Positions 53,661-63,435 of a DNA stretch of 64,000 bases are shown here, piece after piece. Positions within the stretch are counted from its first letter, which is position 1. Every line of letters begins with the position of its first letter. The notes under the pieces are model-generated. The model had not been told where the DNA came from and made no database searches. It saw only the letters and a list, made by a program, of their open reading frames with translations. A program made the translations under genes and the position numbers. Origin of the DNA: Candidatus Omnitrophota bacterium (GTDB taxonomy: Bacteria > Omnitrophota > Gorgyraeia > Pluralincolimonadales > Pluralincolimonadaceae); NCBI GenBank assembly GCA_041651455.1, contig JBAZJG010000007.1:2478-66477 (forward strand), in the 5' to 3' direction.

Positions 53661-55328
53661 GCCCGATACGCGGTTCCTTCCCCCGGTCTTCGAATTATAC
53701 AAGGCTTCATCCGCGCGTCTTATTATCATATCAACGCTGTCGCCTTCCTTGAAGCCCGAATATCCAACGCTTATCGTGACGTTGAACGTCTTATCGTGCA
53801 GATCGCTGAAGGCGTGGTTCTCGCAGGCCTTCCTTATCTTTTCGGCAACATTCGCGGCATCCTTGAACGAATCCCCGCGCAGAAGGACTATGATCTCCTC
53901 CCCTCCGTACCTTGCCACGACATCTGAGGACCTGACCGAGCCCCTCAGCACATCGGCTATCTCCTTGAGCACAAGGTCGCCAATCTGGTGGCCGTAGGTG
54001 TCATTGACCTGCTTGAAATGGTCTATGTCGATCATAAGCACGCTGAATTTCTTCGTCAGGTCCCTCTGCGCTATCGCGATCTCGCTCTCGAGCAGCGTCT
54101 TGAAGAATTTTATGTTAAAAAGGTCCGTAAGGCCGTCCGTGATGGACATCTTCCGGAAATGCGACCTCTCGACCGAGACGCGCACGAAATTATACACGCC
54201 TATGGAAAAACACGCTGCGGCAAGGCCGGTCAGGTGGGACGAGATGTCCATCACAATCCCCTTCCTGAAAAGCAGGACTGCCGATCCGGAATATACGGCG
54301 GCAACAAGGAAGACGAAGGCGGTCTCCCTGAGGGGTTTTTCGCCGAATATGAAGAATGCCGGGATGACCGTCATTAGCAGCAGCACCGTCACACTCAACC
54401 ATTCGGGGCACGTGTTCAGGAATCTCCTGCTGATTATCTCGTTCACGCCGTTGGCTATGGCCGATATCCTCGGCGATTCCGGCTGGAACGGGGTCGGGCT
54501 TGTCTCCCCTATGCCCCTGGCCGTGACGCCTATAAGGCAAATGCTGTCCCTGAAATCCGCGGGTTTCATTGAAGTGTCTTTTGACGCCGCATAATTCTTG
54601 TAGCCGGAGAGCACCTCAAGGAAAGCATACCTCCTGAAGCTCTTCTCCCATTTTCCCGTCCAATTTATCAGCATCGAATTCTGTCCCGCCAAAGGCAGTG
54701 ATATATCCCCGCTTTTCGACGAGAGGATAAGCTTATCGGGCCTAACGTCCTTTATCGAGGCATTAAGGTAATCCATCGATATCTTCAGGACGATGTGCGG
54801 ATAAAGGCCCCTGTCGGTCAGGAATACCAGCGGGAGCCTGCGGAGCGTGCCGTCCATATCGGCATAAACATTCATCGCGCCCGTATCTTTTATGCGGGAA
54901 CGAAGCCTTTCTATGGGCATGAACGCGGTATCGAGGTCGACCGACTGGCTAAGGAACGTGAATGGCAGGTAGACTCTGCCGCTGGACTGGAGGACCTGTT
55001 CGAAGGCGCTGTCCTCTTCTTCCGTGGTAGGTTCGGAGAACATCGTGTCGAAGTATATATATTTCGCGCCGAGGTCGGAGAGCGCCCTGACCATATCCGC
55101 GTGCCAGCTTCGCTTCCAGGGCCACCTGCCTATGCCGAGGATGTCCGAGTCGGTTACCTCTATTATGACTATCTTCGGGTCCGCCGGGATGCTTCCCCTC
55201 AGCCGGAAGAGCATGTCCAGGCCGGATAGCCTCATGCCCTCGATAGCGCCGCCCGAGGAGAGCAGCAGTATCATCACGGCGATGAACATCGAGAACGCGA
55301 GGTTTATATAAGTCTCTTTAAGCTTCAT
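53655..55328 (-). CDS. CHASE2 sensor domain - diguanylate cyclase (GGDEF)
   Basis: The periplasmic CHASE2 domain reads VIIEVTDSDILGIGRWPWKRSWHADMV. TM helices follow, then the GGDEF signatures RYGGEEIIVLL and DHFKQVNDTYGHQIGD. Confidence 0.8.
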   Translation of the reverse strand: MKLKETYINLAFSMFIAVMILLLSSGGAIEGMRLSGLDMLFRLRGSIPADPKIVIIEVTDSDILGIGRWPWKRSWHADMVRALSDLGAKYIYFDTMFSEPTTEEEDSAFEQVLQSSGRVYLPFTFLSQSVDLDTAFMPIERLRSRIKDTGAMNVYADMDGTLRRLPLVFLTDRGLYPHIVLKISMDYLNASIKDVRPDKLILSSKSGDISLPLAGQNSMLINWTGKWEKSFRRYAFLEVLSGYKNYAASKDTSMKPADFRDSICLIGVTARGIGETSPTPFQPESPRISAIANGVNEIISRRFLNTCPEWLSVTVLLLMTVIPAFFIFGEKPLRETAFVFLVAAVYSGSAVLLFRKGIVMDISSHLTGLAAACFSIGVYNFVRVSVERSHFRKMSITDGLTDLFNIKFFKTLLESEIAIAQRDLTKKFSVLMIDIDHFKQVNDTYGHQIGDLVLKEIADVLRGSVRSSDVVARYGGEEIIVLLRGDSFKDAANVAEKIRKACENHAFSDLHDKTFNVTISVGYSGFKEGDSVDMIIRRADEALYNSKTGGRNRVSGL

Positions 55329-55331
55329 ATC

Positions 55332-55727
55332 CTACCACTCAAGAAGTCTTTTCCTGATATCCCCGGGGACGGGTTTCGCTTTCATATCCGCGTCTACGCA
55401 CGCCCAGACGACCTTTGCGGCCAAGAGCAGCGTATCCGCCCTCCTTACCTGCTGGATGAAACGCACCGAGGCGTTGCCGACCTTCTCCACGGAAGTATAT
55501 ATGCTTATAACCTCCCCGTAACGCGCCGGGGCCTTATAATCCGCCTCTATATGCACGACAGGGAACAGCATGCCGCTTTTTGCGTATTCGGAAGTATCTA
55601 TGCCGAGCGAGCGCAGGAACTCCGTCCTGCCTTCCTCGAGGTGCTTCAGGTAATTTGCGTAGTAGACGACACCGCCGCTGTCGGTGTCGTGGTAATAGAC
55701 CCTCTTGTCAAGACGGTGTTCTTTCAT
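55332..55727 (-). CDS. Acyl-CoA thioesterase (YbgC/4HBT hot-dog fold)
   Basis: The product contains YYHDTDSGGVVYYANYLKHLEEGRTEFL, the YbgC-family catalytic Asp motif. Confidence 0.75.
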   Translation of the reverse strand: MKEHRLDKRVYYHDTDSGGVVYYANYLKHLEEGRTEFLRSLGIDTSEYAKSGMLFPVVHIEADYKAPARYGEVISIYTSVEKVGNASVRFIQQVRRADTLLLAAKVVWACVDADMKAKPVPGDIRKRLLEW

Positions 55728-55742
55728 TCGGCCCTCCGGATG

Positions 55743-56987
55743 TCAGAAAGTTATCCCGAGCCTCGTGCCCAAGACAAGCGCGTTGTCGATATCGCCCGAT
55801 CCGCCGGGGCGGAATATATACTGCAGGTCGGGCTGCAAGTACATCCAGCCGTTGACCTGGACCTTGTAGGAAAGGTCTATCATCGCCTCATGCGAAAGGT
55901 CGCCGGGAAAATCATCGCTCCAGTTCCCGTAAGCGAAACCGAGGGCGGCTATATCCTTGTCCCTTCCGTGTATAAGCCCCTTATAGAAGACGCCTCCGTC
56001 GATAAAGAACGGGAATTCGTTGTATTCCGAAGGCGCGAACGTTATCGCGCCGAGGGCCGTCAGGCCCTGGTCGGTGCCCGGCCCGCCTTCGCGGTATATC
56101 ATCTGGTCGGCCGCGAGGTAGCCTCCGTAGTTGCCCCTGCGCTGGGAGGAATCCTCGAGGCTCGTGAACTTGCCGGTATCATAATACCCGCCTATCTTAT
56201 AGGTACCGGGCATTCCGGTGTCGGCCTTTGCGCCGTTGTTAAGGTACTGGAATTCCTGTATGGCGAATATGCCTTTCTTGAACCTCATATCGAAATAAGT
56301 GCCGTGGTACTCCCTGCTGCCGACCTGGGCTACGTTGCCGTCGTATATACCGGTCAGCGAGACCACGCGCTCGAACGGTTTGGCTTTGAGGCGCGCGCCC
56401 CATACGGCATTCGGGTATGTCGAGAACGGGAGGTCTATCGGAAGGCTTATCGGGTTCCCGTCGATGGCGTTGTTCACGTATATCCAGTACAGCGGGGAGG
56501 TCGCGAAATCGTCTCCTGCGCTCGTTCGGCCTATCTTCAGCGCAAGGCGGTCATCGAACATCGACTGCTCGAGATTGAGCGCATATAACCTTAGCTGCTG
56601 GCACCCGTAGATGCTCGATACGACGAACCTGTTCCCTATATAATCCGCGGAGAGGTTCCGGCCCGCCCTGTATAACCCCGATACGTGGAACCGGAGCCCG
56701 TCGAGATGCGCGAGTTTCCCGAGGTCGAAATCAAGGTCCGCGCCCCAGGAATGGTTGTACCTGACACCGTGTTTCTTCCCGCCGGACGGGTTCCCGAGGA
56801 CGTCGGCGGTATAGCTGCTCGTGAAATCGACGCCGGCTTCTTCGAGCTTCTCCCTCATCCCGCCCCAGTCGCCGGTAAGGTAATCTTCGCTTTCTATGTT
56901 GTGCAGCATCCCGCTGTTGGCGGCATACAAAACGCCCGCTGTCCCGACGGCAACAAGGGACGCAAGAACGAGCGGGACGCTTTTCAT
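55743..56987 (-). CDS. OprB-family carbohydrate-selective porin
   Basis: A signal peptide is followed by a beta-strand-rich region with LTGDWGG. The C-terminus is LGTRLGITF. The length (414 aa) and motif pattern are typical of COG3659. Confidence 0.6.
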   Translation of the reverse strand: MKSVPLVLASLVAVGTAGVLYAANSGMLHNIESEDYLTGDWGGMREKLEEAGVDFTSSYTADVLGNPSGGKKHGVRYNHSWGADLDFDLGKLAHLDGLRFHVSGLYRAGRNLSADYIGNRFVVSSIYGCQQLRLYALNLEQSMFDDRLALKIGRTSAGDDFATSPLYWIYVNNAIDGNPISLPIDLPFSTYPNAVWGARLKAKPFERVVSLTGIYDGNVAQVGSREYHGTYFDMRFKKGIFAIQEFQYLNNGAKADTGMPGTYKIGGYYDTGKFTSLEDSSQRRGNYGGYLAADQMIYREGGPGTDQGLTALGAITFAPSEYNEFPFFIDGGVFYKGLIHGRDKDIAALGFAYGNWSDDFPGDLSHEAMIDLSYKVQVNGWMYLQPDLQYIFRPGGSGDIDNALVLGTRLGITF

Positions 56988-56988
56988 T

Positions 56989-57954
56989 CTATACGGCCTC
57001 CATCGTCGACGGCGGTTTTGACGCGATATTGTAGGTGACGCTGACTACGCCCGGCACGCCGTTTATCATCTTCCCTGCCAGCTTCAGCAGCTTCTCGTGC
57101 GGTATCTTCGTGGGTGTCGCCTTCCTCGCGTCTACGGAATCCCAGCAGCGTATCTCGACCTGGAACCCGAAATCCCTTTTGCCGTCCCTTATCCCGGTCA
57201 CCTTGTCGTTATGGAGTATGGCCATGTATTGGAACGCCTTTACGCCGGCAAGCTCCTTCTCGAGGATCGCCGTGGCCTTGCGGACCGTCGCTATCTTGTC
57301 AGGCGTGGCTTCGCCGATTATCCTGGCTGAGAGCGCCGGTCCCGGGAAAGGCATGCGGTTATAGATGGATGCCGGAAGGCCGCAGGCCGCAGCGAGCTTC
57401 CTTACGCCGTCCTTGCGCAGCTGCACGAGCGGCTCTATTATCTTGTATCCGAACGCCTCCTGAGGGTCGATGCCGAGCTGCTCGAACACGTTATGCTGCC
57501 TCTTTATCCCCGCGACCGTCTCGTCGATATCGGTCAATATTGTGCCCTGCAGCAGGTATTTCGCGCCGCTCTGCCTTACGAGCAGGCCGAATACGTCCTT
57601 ATAGAATGTCTGTGTTATCGCCTCCCTCTTCTCTTCGGGGTCGGTGATGCCCTTAAGGGCCGCGAGGAACTTTCCGCGCGCGTCGATTATATCGACTTTC
57701 ACGCCCAGTTTCCTGAATATGGCGGCGATCTTCTGCGGCTCGCCCTCCCTCATTATGCCGTTATCTATGAAATATGTCTTGAGCCTGCGCCCGAGCGCCT
57801 TATGCCCGAGCATCGTTACCGCCGATGAGTCGACTCCGCCGGATAGCGCGTTGATCGCGTACCCGTGGCCTACCGCGGCCGAGATCTCGGCGCTTTTTTC
57901 GCGGATAAACTTCGCCGTATTAAGGTCTTTCGCCCTTATCTCTTTTTCCATCAC
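56989..57954 (-). CDS. guaA: GMP synthase ATP-pyrophosphatase subunit (split GuaA, PP-loop subunit B)
   Basis: The PP-loop SGGVDSSV is present. The C-terminal dimerisation domain ends ...TYNIASKPPSTMEAV, similar to GuaA's C-terminal PGTIEWE-type ending. The 321-aa length equals the synthetase half of GuaA. Confidence 0.7.
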   Translation of the reverse strand: MMEKEIRAKDLNTAKFIREKSAEISAAVGHGYAINALSGGVDSSAVTMLGHKALGRRLKTYFIDNGIMREGEPQKIAAIFRKLGVKVDIIDARGKFLAALKGITDPEEKREAITQTFYKDVFGLLVRQSGAKYLLQGTILTDIDETVAGIKRQHNVFEQLGIDPQEAFGYKIIEPLVQLRKDGVRKLAAACGLPASIYNRMPFPGPALSARIIGEATPDKIATVRKATAILEKELAGVKAFQYMAILHNDKVTGIRDGKRDFGFQVEIRCWDSVDARKATPTKIPHEKLLKLAGKMINGVPGVVSVTYNIASKPPSTMEAV

Positions 57955-57965
57955 TCGCCTCCGTT

Positions 57966-60900
57966 TTAGTCCGTCTTCTCTTTATAATAGTCCTGGATGG
58001 CTTTCGGGGAGATGCCCTTCTTCCTTATTTCCTCGATGGCCTCTACGCTCGCGAAAGCCGCCGCCATTGTGGTTATATAGGGTATCTTGTGCTGTATGGC
58101 CATTATGCGGATGTAACTGTCGTCGTATTTGCTCGTCCTGCCCGCGGGAGTGTTCACGATAAGGTTCAGTTCCCTGTTCTTTATCAGGTCCGTGATGTTC
58201 GGCCTGCCTTCGTGCAGCTTCTTCACCGCGGTATTCCTGACCTGGTTGCCGTCGAGGAAACGGCTCGTATTCTCCGTCGCGTAAATATTGAACCCGAGGC
58301 CTCTGAGCTTCCTCGCTATCGGGAGCAGTTCCGGCTTGTCCTTGTCGGTCACGGTAAGCAGGACATTGCCCTCGAGCGGCAGTTTCGACCCCGCGGCTTC
58401 CTGCGCTTTATAAAAAGCAAGGCCGAAGGTCTCCGCGAGCCCCATGACCTCCCCGGTAGAACGCATCTCCGGCCCGAGTACCGGGTCGACTTCGGGGAAC
58501 ATATTGAACGGAAAGACGGCTTCTTTCACGCCGACGTAATTGACCTTGTTCTTCTTGAGCCCGGGATAATCCTTCAGGGTTTTCCCGAGCATTATCTCGG
58601 TCGCGATGCGGGCTATCGGTACGCCCATGACCTTCGAGACGACCGGCACCGTGCGCGATGCCCGCGGGTTCGCCTCCAGTATATATACTTTACCGTCGCA
58701 TATCGCGTATTGTATGTTCATAATGCCCACTACCTTTAGCTCGCGGGCGATCTTCGCCGAATACTTCTCGATATCGGCGAGGTGCGCCTCGCTGATGCTC
58801 CTCGAAGGTATCATGCATGCCGAGTCGCCCGAATGTATGCCCGCGTACTCGATATGCTCCATCACTGCCGGGACGAAGACGTCCGTCCCGTCGGATATCG
58901 CGTCGACCTCGCATTCGAGCGCGTGCTCGAGAAAACGGTCTATAAGCATCGGGTATTCGGGGCTGACCTTTATCGCCTCGACGGCATATTTGCGCAGCAT
59001 CGTCTCGTCGTATATTATCTCCATGCCCCTGCCGCCGAGCACGAAAGACGGCCGCACCATCAGCGGATATCCTATCCGGCTCGCTATGAGGACGGCCTCC
59101 TCAAGCGAACGCGCGATCCCGCTCTCCGGCTGCGGTATACCGAGTTCTATCATCTTTTGCCTGAAGAGCTCCCTGTCCTCGGCGAACGCTATGCTCTTGG
59201 GGCTCGTGCCGAGTATCTTTACGCCGTTCTCTTCGAGCTCGTTCGCTATATTCAGCGGCGTCTGCCCGCCGAACTGCACTATCACGCCTTCCGGCTTCTC
59301 CTTCTCATATATCGAGAGGACATCTTCTACGGTCAGCGGCTCGAAATAGAGCTTGTTCGACGTATCGTAATCCGTGGATACGGTCTCGGGGTTGCAGTTT
59401 ATCATTATCGACTCGAATCCCGCGTCGCGCAGAGCGAATGCCGCGTGGACGCACGTGTAGTCGAACTCGATGCCCTGGCCTATCCTGTTGGGTCCGCCGC
59501 CGAGTATCAGTATCTTCTTCTTGCCCGATACGGGCACAGCATCCTTGCCGGGGCTGTATGTCGAATAATAATACGCTGCGTTCTCTACGCCGCTTACCGG
59601 CACCGCCTCATACCTGGCGATCTTACCGAGCGTTATCCTGCGATGCCTTACTTCGCTCTCCTTTATGCCGAAGAGCTTCGCGAGGTACCTGTCGGAGAAA
59701 CCAAGCTCCTTGGCTTTTATGAACTGCTTATCGGCGAGGCCTTTCCACTGGCATTTCAGCAGCTCTTCCTCGAAATCTACGAGTTCCTTCATCTCCCTTA
59801 TGAACCATACGCCGATATGCGTTAACTTGTGGACCTCGTCAGGTGTCACTCCTTTTCGCAGCGCCTCGTATATGAGGAAGACCCTCTCGCTTGAGGGCTG
59901 CGCGAGCTTCTGCCTGAGCGTATCCGCGGAAAGCGAGCCGAAATCCTTCGCCCCGCCGAGCCCATACCTGCCTATCTCGAGCGAACGTATCGACTTCTGG
60001 AGCGTCTCTTTGAAATTCTTGCCGATGCTCATGACCTCGCCGACCGCTTTCATCTGCGTGCCGAGGATATCTTTCGCTTTCGGGAACTTCTCGAAAGCCC
60101 AGCGCGCGAACTTAACGACAACGTAATCCCCCCACGGCTCATACTTATCGAGTGTGCCTTTCCTCCAGTAAGGTATCTCGTTCATCGTGATACCGGAGGC
60201 AAGCTTTGTGGATATCCGGGCTATCGGGAAACCGGTGGCTTTTGAGGCGAGCGCCGAGGAACGCGAGGTGCGCGGGTTTATCTCTATTACGACGAGGCGG
60301 TCGTCGGCGGGATTATGCGCGAACTGTATGTTCGTACCGCCGACCACGCCTATCGCGTCGACTATCTTATACGAATAATCCTGCATGCGTCTCTGCAGCT
60401 CCGAGGGCACCGTGAGCATCGGGGCGACACAGAAGCTGTCTCCGGTATGCACACCCATAGCGTCGATGTTCTCGATGAAGCATACGGTGATCTTCCTGCC
60501 GTCCTGGTCGCGGACGACCTCGAGTTCGAGCTCCTCCCATCCTATCACGGCTTCCTCGACAAGTACCTGGTGGACAATGCTGGCCGCAAGACCGCGCGAC
60601 ACTATGACCCTGAGCTCCTCGACGTTATACGCTATGCCGCCGCCGGTCCCGCCCATCGTATACGCGGGGCGAAGCACGACCGGATACTTGAGCTTCTCGG
60701 CGATCTTCTCGGCCTCCTCTACGGAATGGCAGATCTCGGAAAGCGGAAGCGAAAGGCCCAGCTGCTGCATCGTCTTCTTGAATACTTCGCGGTCTTCGCC
60801 GCGTTCGATCGCGTCGGCCTTAACACCTATGATCTCTACGTTATATTTTTTTAGTACTCCCGCCTTGTGCAGGCTCGAGGCGAGGTTCAGGCCCGTTTGG

Positions 60901-61175
60901 CCGCCGAGGTTAGGCAACAGGCCGTCCGGCCTCTCTTTTTCTATGATCTTCTCGAGGCTCTCTACCGTGAGCGGCTCTATGTAGGTCTTGTCGGCCATGT
61001 TCGGGTCTGTCATTATCGTGGCGGGATTGGAATTGACGAGGACGATCTGGTAACCTTCTTCGCGGAGCGCCTTGCACGCCTGCGTGCCGGAATAATCGAA
61101 TTCGCAGGCCTGCCCTATTATTATGGGCCCTGAACCAATGATGAGGACCTTCCTGATATCCTTACGGTGCGGCAT
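57966..61175 (-). CDS. carB: Carbamoyl-phosphate synthase large subunit
   Basis: The N-terminus KVLIIGSGPIIIGQACEFDYSGTQACKALREEGY is the CarB signature. The 1069-aa product has duplicated ATP-grasp halves and a C-terminal MGS-like domain. Confidence 0.95.
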   Translation of the reverse strand: MPHRKDIRKVLIIGSGPIIIGQACEFDYSGTQACKALREEGYQIVLVNSNPATIMTDPNMADKTYIEPLTVESLEKIIEKERPDGLLPNLGGQTGLNLASSLHKAGVLKKYNVEIIGVKADAIERGEDREVFKKTMQQLGLSLPLSEICHSVEEAEKIAEKLKYPVVLRPAYTMGGTGGGIAYNVEELRVIVSRGLAASIVHQVLVEEAVIGWEELELEVVRDQDGRKITVCFIENIDAMGVHTGDSFCVAPMLTVPSELQRRMQDYSYKIVDAIGVVGGTNIQFAHNPADDRLVVIEINPRTSRSSALASKATGFPIARISTKLASGITMNEIPYWRKGTLDKYEPWGDYVVVKFARWAFEKFPKAKDILGTQMKAVGEVMSIGKNFKETLQKSIRSLEIGRYGLGGAKDFGSLSADTLRQKLAQPSSERVFLIYEALRKGVTPDEVHKLTHIGVWFIREMKELVDFEEELLKCQWKGLADKQFIKAKELGFSDRYLAKLFGIKESEVRHRRITLGKIARYEAVPVSGVENAAYYYSTYSPGKDAVPVSGKKKILILGGGPNRIGQGIEFDYTCVHAAFALRDAGFESIMINCNPETVSTDYDTSNKLYFEPLTVEDVLSIYEKEKPEGVIVQFGGQTPLNIANELEENGVKILGTSPKSIAFAEDRELFRQKMIELGIPQPESGIARSLEEAVLIASRIGYPLMVRPSFVLGGRGMEIIYDETMLRKYAVEAIKVSPEYPMLIDRFLEHALECEVDAISDGTDVFVPAVMEHIEYAGIHSGDSACMIPSRSISEAHLADIEKYSAKIARELKVVGIMNIQYAICDGKVYILEANPRASRTVPVVSKVMGVPIARIATEIMLGKTLKDYPGLKKNKVNYVGVKEAVFPFNMFPEVDPVLGPEMRSTGEVMGLAETFGLAFYKAQEAAGSKLPLEGNVLLTVTDKDKPELLPIARKLRGLGFNIYATENTSRFLDGNQVRNTAVKKLHEGRPNITDLIKNRELNLIVNTPAGRTSKYDDSYIRIMAIQHKIPYITTMAAAFASVEAIEEIRKKGISPKAIQDYYKEKTD

Positions 61176-61221
61176 GAGTGCTGGCTCTTAGGGTAATTTT
61201 AACTGAGGTTAAAATTAAAAT

Positions 61222-63435
61222 TTATTTTGATGATTCTACCACCTGCGCCCACGTATCGTCAAGCGAATACCTGCGCAGTTCTATGTTTTTCATGAAACCA
61301 AACACCTCGTCGAAGACACGGAGCGGTTTTATGACCGTCTGCTGCTTAAGCTCCGGCCATTTCCCCGATATCTTTATCATTATGCCGTCCTTCACGAAAT
61401 CAAAACCGAGTGTTGCGGGTATCAGTATCTGCCTTGCAGTCTTTATCGGGCTAAGACGCGAGACATTGGCTCCCGCGGTCATATCTACGTTACCGGAAAA
61501 ATCGCAGTCGCCGGACATCTCTATCCTAAGCAGCGGCGACTGGCAGGCAGACCTCATCCCTATGTTCCCCTCTGCCACGTCGAAACCCATCCTTATTTCC
61601 TTGAAATCCGGGAGCACGAAATCCTTAATAACGGAATTCATTCCTTTCTCTACGGCTACGAATATAGGCACCCCCTTGATACTGCAGTCGGTTATCTTTA
61701 TGAAGCCGCCGCCTGTCGCCGCTTCCGGCTGTCCGAGCCTGCCCGAGCACGCAAAGTTAGCGTCAACGATGCCTTTCATCCCCGAAAGGCGGGCGTCTTC
61801 CAGGGACAGGGATGACAGGTCGCATTTTTCAAGGTCGATGGCAAAACCCCACTTCTGGGGCGGCAGCCCCGCATCGAACCTTATTTTTGCCGCGGCCGTG
61901 CCGCCGTAAAGAGGGAACTTCGGTACTTCGCCGTCTAAGAGGCCGTCCTTCACCGCCGCCTTCATCGAGAATGACTTGGGCGTCATATCGAACAGCGTAA
62001 ATCCGTCAACTTTAACGTCGGCTTTGCCGTTGAACGACGCGGTGCGGTCCAGCTCCCCCGAAAGCACACCCGATACCGTCGCTTTGCCCGACATCTCCCG
62101 CTTGACCAGCCCGGCCACCCTGCCGATATCCGAAAGGTCTATATCGCCTGCCATGTCGACATCGAAAACGAGGCCTTTCAGGTCTTTCGACGAGGCCTTT
62201 ACCGTCAGCTTGGAATAAGACGTGAATACCTGCAGCACCGACGAGGCCTTGTCCGGGCCCGATATCTCCATGTCGAGCGTGTTGCGTATGCCGCACACCT
62301 GGCCGTCGACGGAAAGCCGTTTTGGCTCTCCGAATATGAACATACCCTTGTATGATACCGGCCTTTTGAACGCCTGGCCCTCGATGGCCGATATATCCAC
62401 GCCGTCCTTGTCTATGTAAGCCCGGCATTCCGCACCGGAGACCATCACGTTCTCTCCCGCCCGTATCCGCATCCCCTTCAGCACGAGTTCCGCACAAGAC
62501 GCCGTTTTTCCTTTCAGGCGCTCGAACGTATGCTTCATGACGCAATCGGCGGATATGTGCAGGTCCCCGTAGGAAACCTCTCCGTCCCTGAGGTCGTAAA
62601 CCCCGTCCATCCTGAACATTCCCGGAGAGAATGATATGTCCGCCCTGAGCTCGGCATCCCCGACCTTCAGCTCCCATGGCTTGATGATATCGTCTATGTA
62701 GTAGCTCCAGTACTCGTTGATGTTCGGGGTTTTGATCCTGACGCTGCCTTTACCGCGGGGTTCGGCGCCGGGGGAATATTCCAGCGACAGCGACAACGAG
62801 CCTTTCTTCGCGCCGGTCGATTTCGTCGAAAGCGCGATCCTGCTGCCGTTATCCGACCCTGTGACGGACACGTACGCGATATCATAGGTCCTTTCTATCG
62901 AATTCCCGGGGACAAGGCGGTCCGAGTATCTTGCCTTCCCGCCCAACAGGCGCAATTCCTTTACGGTAATCCTGAAGCCCCCAAAATGCTTCGACGCGGC
63001 ATCCCCTATGCCCATATCCGCCAGCGGGCCGATATTCCATGAGCCGTCGCTGCCGCGGCATATGTTGAGGTCCGCGCCCGTAATATCGAACCTCCTTATC
63101 GTCACACGCTTTAAGAGCAGGTCATGCCATACGAGGTCTATATCGACCGCTTTAGAAGATACGATATAATCGGACGGGGAACCCTTCTTGGTATAAAGCC
63201 GGACATCTTTCAACAGGAAACCGCTTGAGGGCACGAAATCGATATCGCCAATAGAGACCATCAACGGGCCGGTGTTGCCCGATTCCAGGTATGCTCGTAC
63301 CTTAGGTATGACGACGCGCGGGATGAACACCTTGCCGATATACTGGCATAGCAACGCGTAGATGACCGTGGCCGCAATGAGGAAATATGCGGCCCGGCGG
63401 AACCTGCCGAAGATACTTTTACTGCGTCTCTCCAT
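61222..63435 (-). CDS. AsmA/TamB-like large envelope protein
   Basis: The 737-aa product has a single N-terminal TM anchor followed by a long beta-rich region. Its start overlaps the upstream gene. Confidence 0.5.
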   Translation of the reverse strand: MERRSKSIFGRFRRAAYFLIAATVIYALLCQYIGKVFIPRVVIPKVRAYLESGNTGPLMVSIGDIDFVPSSGFLLKDVRLYTKKGSPSDYIVSSKAVDIDLVWHDLLLKRVTIRRFDITGADLNICRGSDGSWNIGPLADMGIGDAASKHFGGFRITVKELRLLGGKARYSDRLVPGNSIERTYDIAYVSVTGSDNGSRIALSTKSTGAKKGSLSLSLEYSPGAEPRGKGSVRIKTPNINEYWSYYIDDIIKPWELKVGDAELRADISFSPGMFRMDGVYDLRDGEVSYGDLHISADCVMKHTFERLKGKTASCAELVLKGMRIRAGENVMVSGAECRAYIDKDGVDISAIEGQAFKRPVSYKGMFIFGEPKRLSVDGQVCGIRNTLDMEISGPDKASSVLQVFTSYSKLTVKASSKDLKGLVFDVDMAGDIDLSDIGRVAGLVKREMSGKATVSGVLSGELDRTASFNGKADVKVDGFTLFDMTPKSFSMKAAVKDGLLDGEVPKFPLYGGTAAAKIRFDAGLPPQKWGFAIDLEKCDLSSLSLEDARLSGMKGIVDANFACSGRLGQPEAATGGGFIKITDCSIKGVPIFVAVEKGMNSVIKDFVLPDFKEIRMGFDVAEGNIGMRSACQSPLLRIEMSGDCDFSGNVDMTAGANVSRLSPIKTARQILIPATLGFDFVKDGIMIKISGKWPELKQQTVIKPLRVFDEVFGFMKNIELRRYSLDDTWAQVVESSK

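Noticed and set aside
55551-56588. A 345-aa plus-strand ORF antisense to the thioesterase and OprB-porin genes
   Set aside because: It overlaps two genes with clear family signatures and has no recognisable motif.
58782-59825. A 347-aa ORF and several other plus-strand ORFs of 150-250 aa inside carB
   Set aside because: carB is unambiguous, and these are antisense artefacts.
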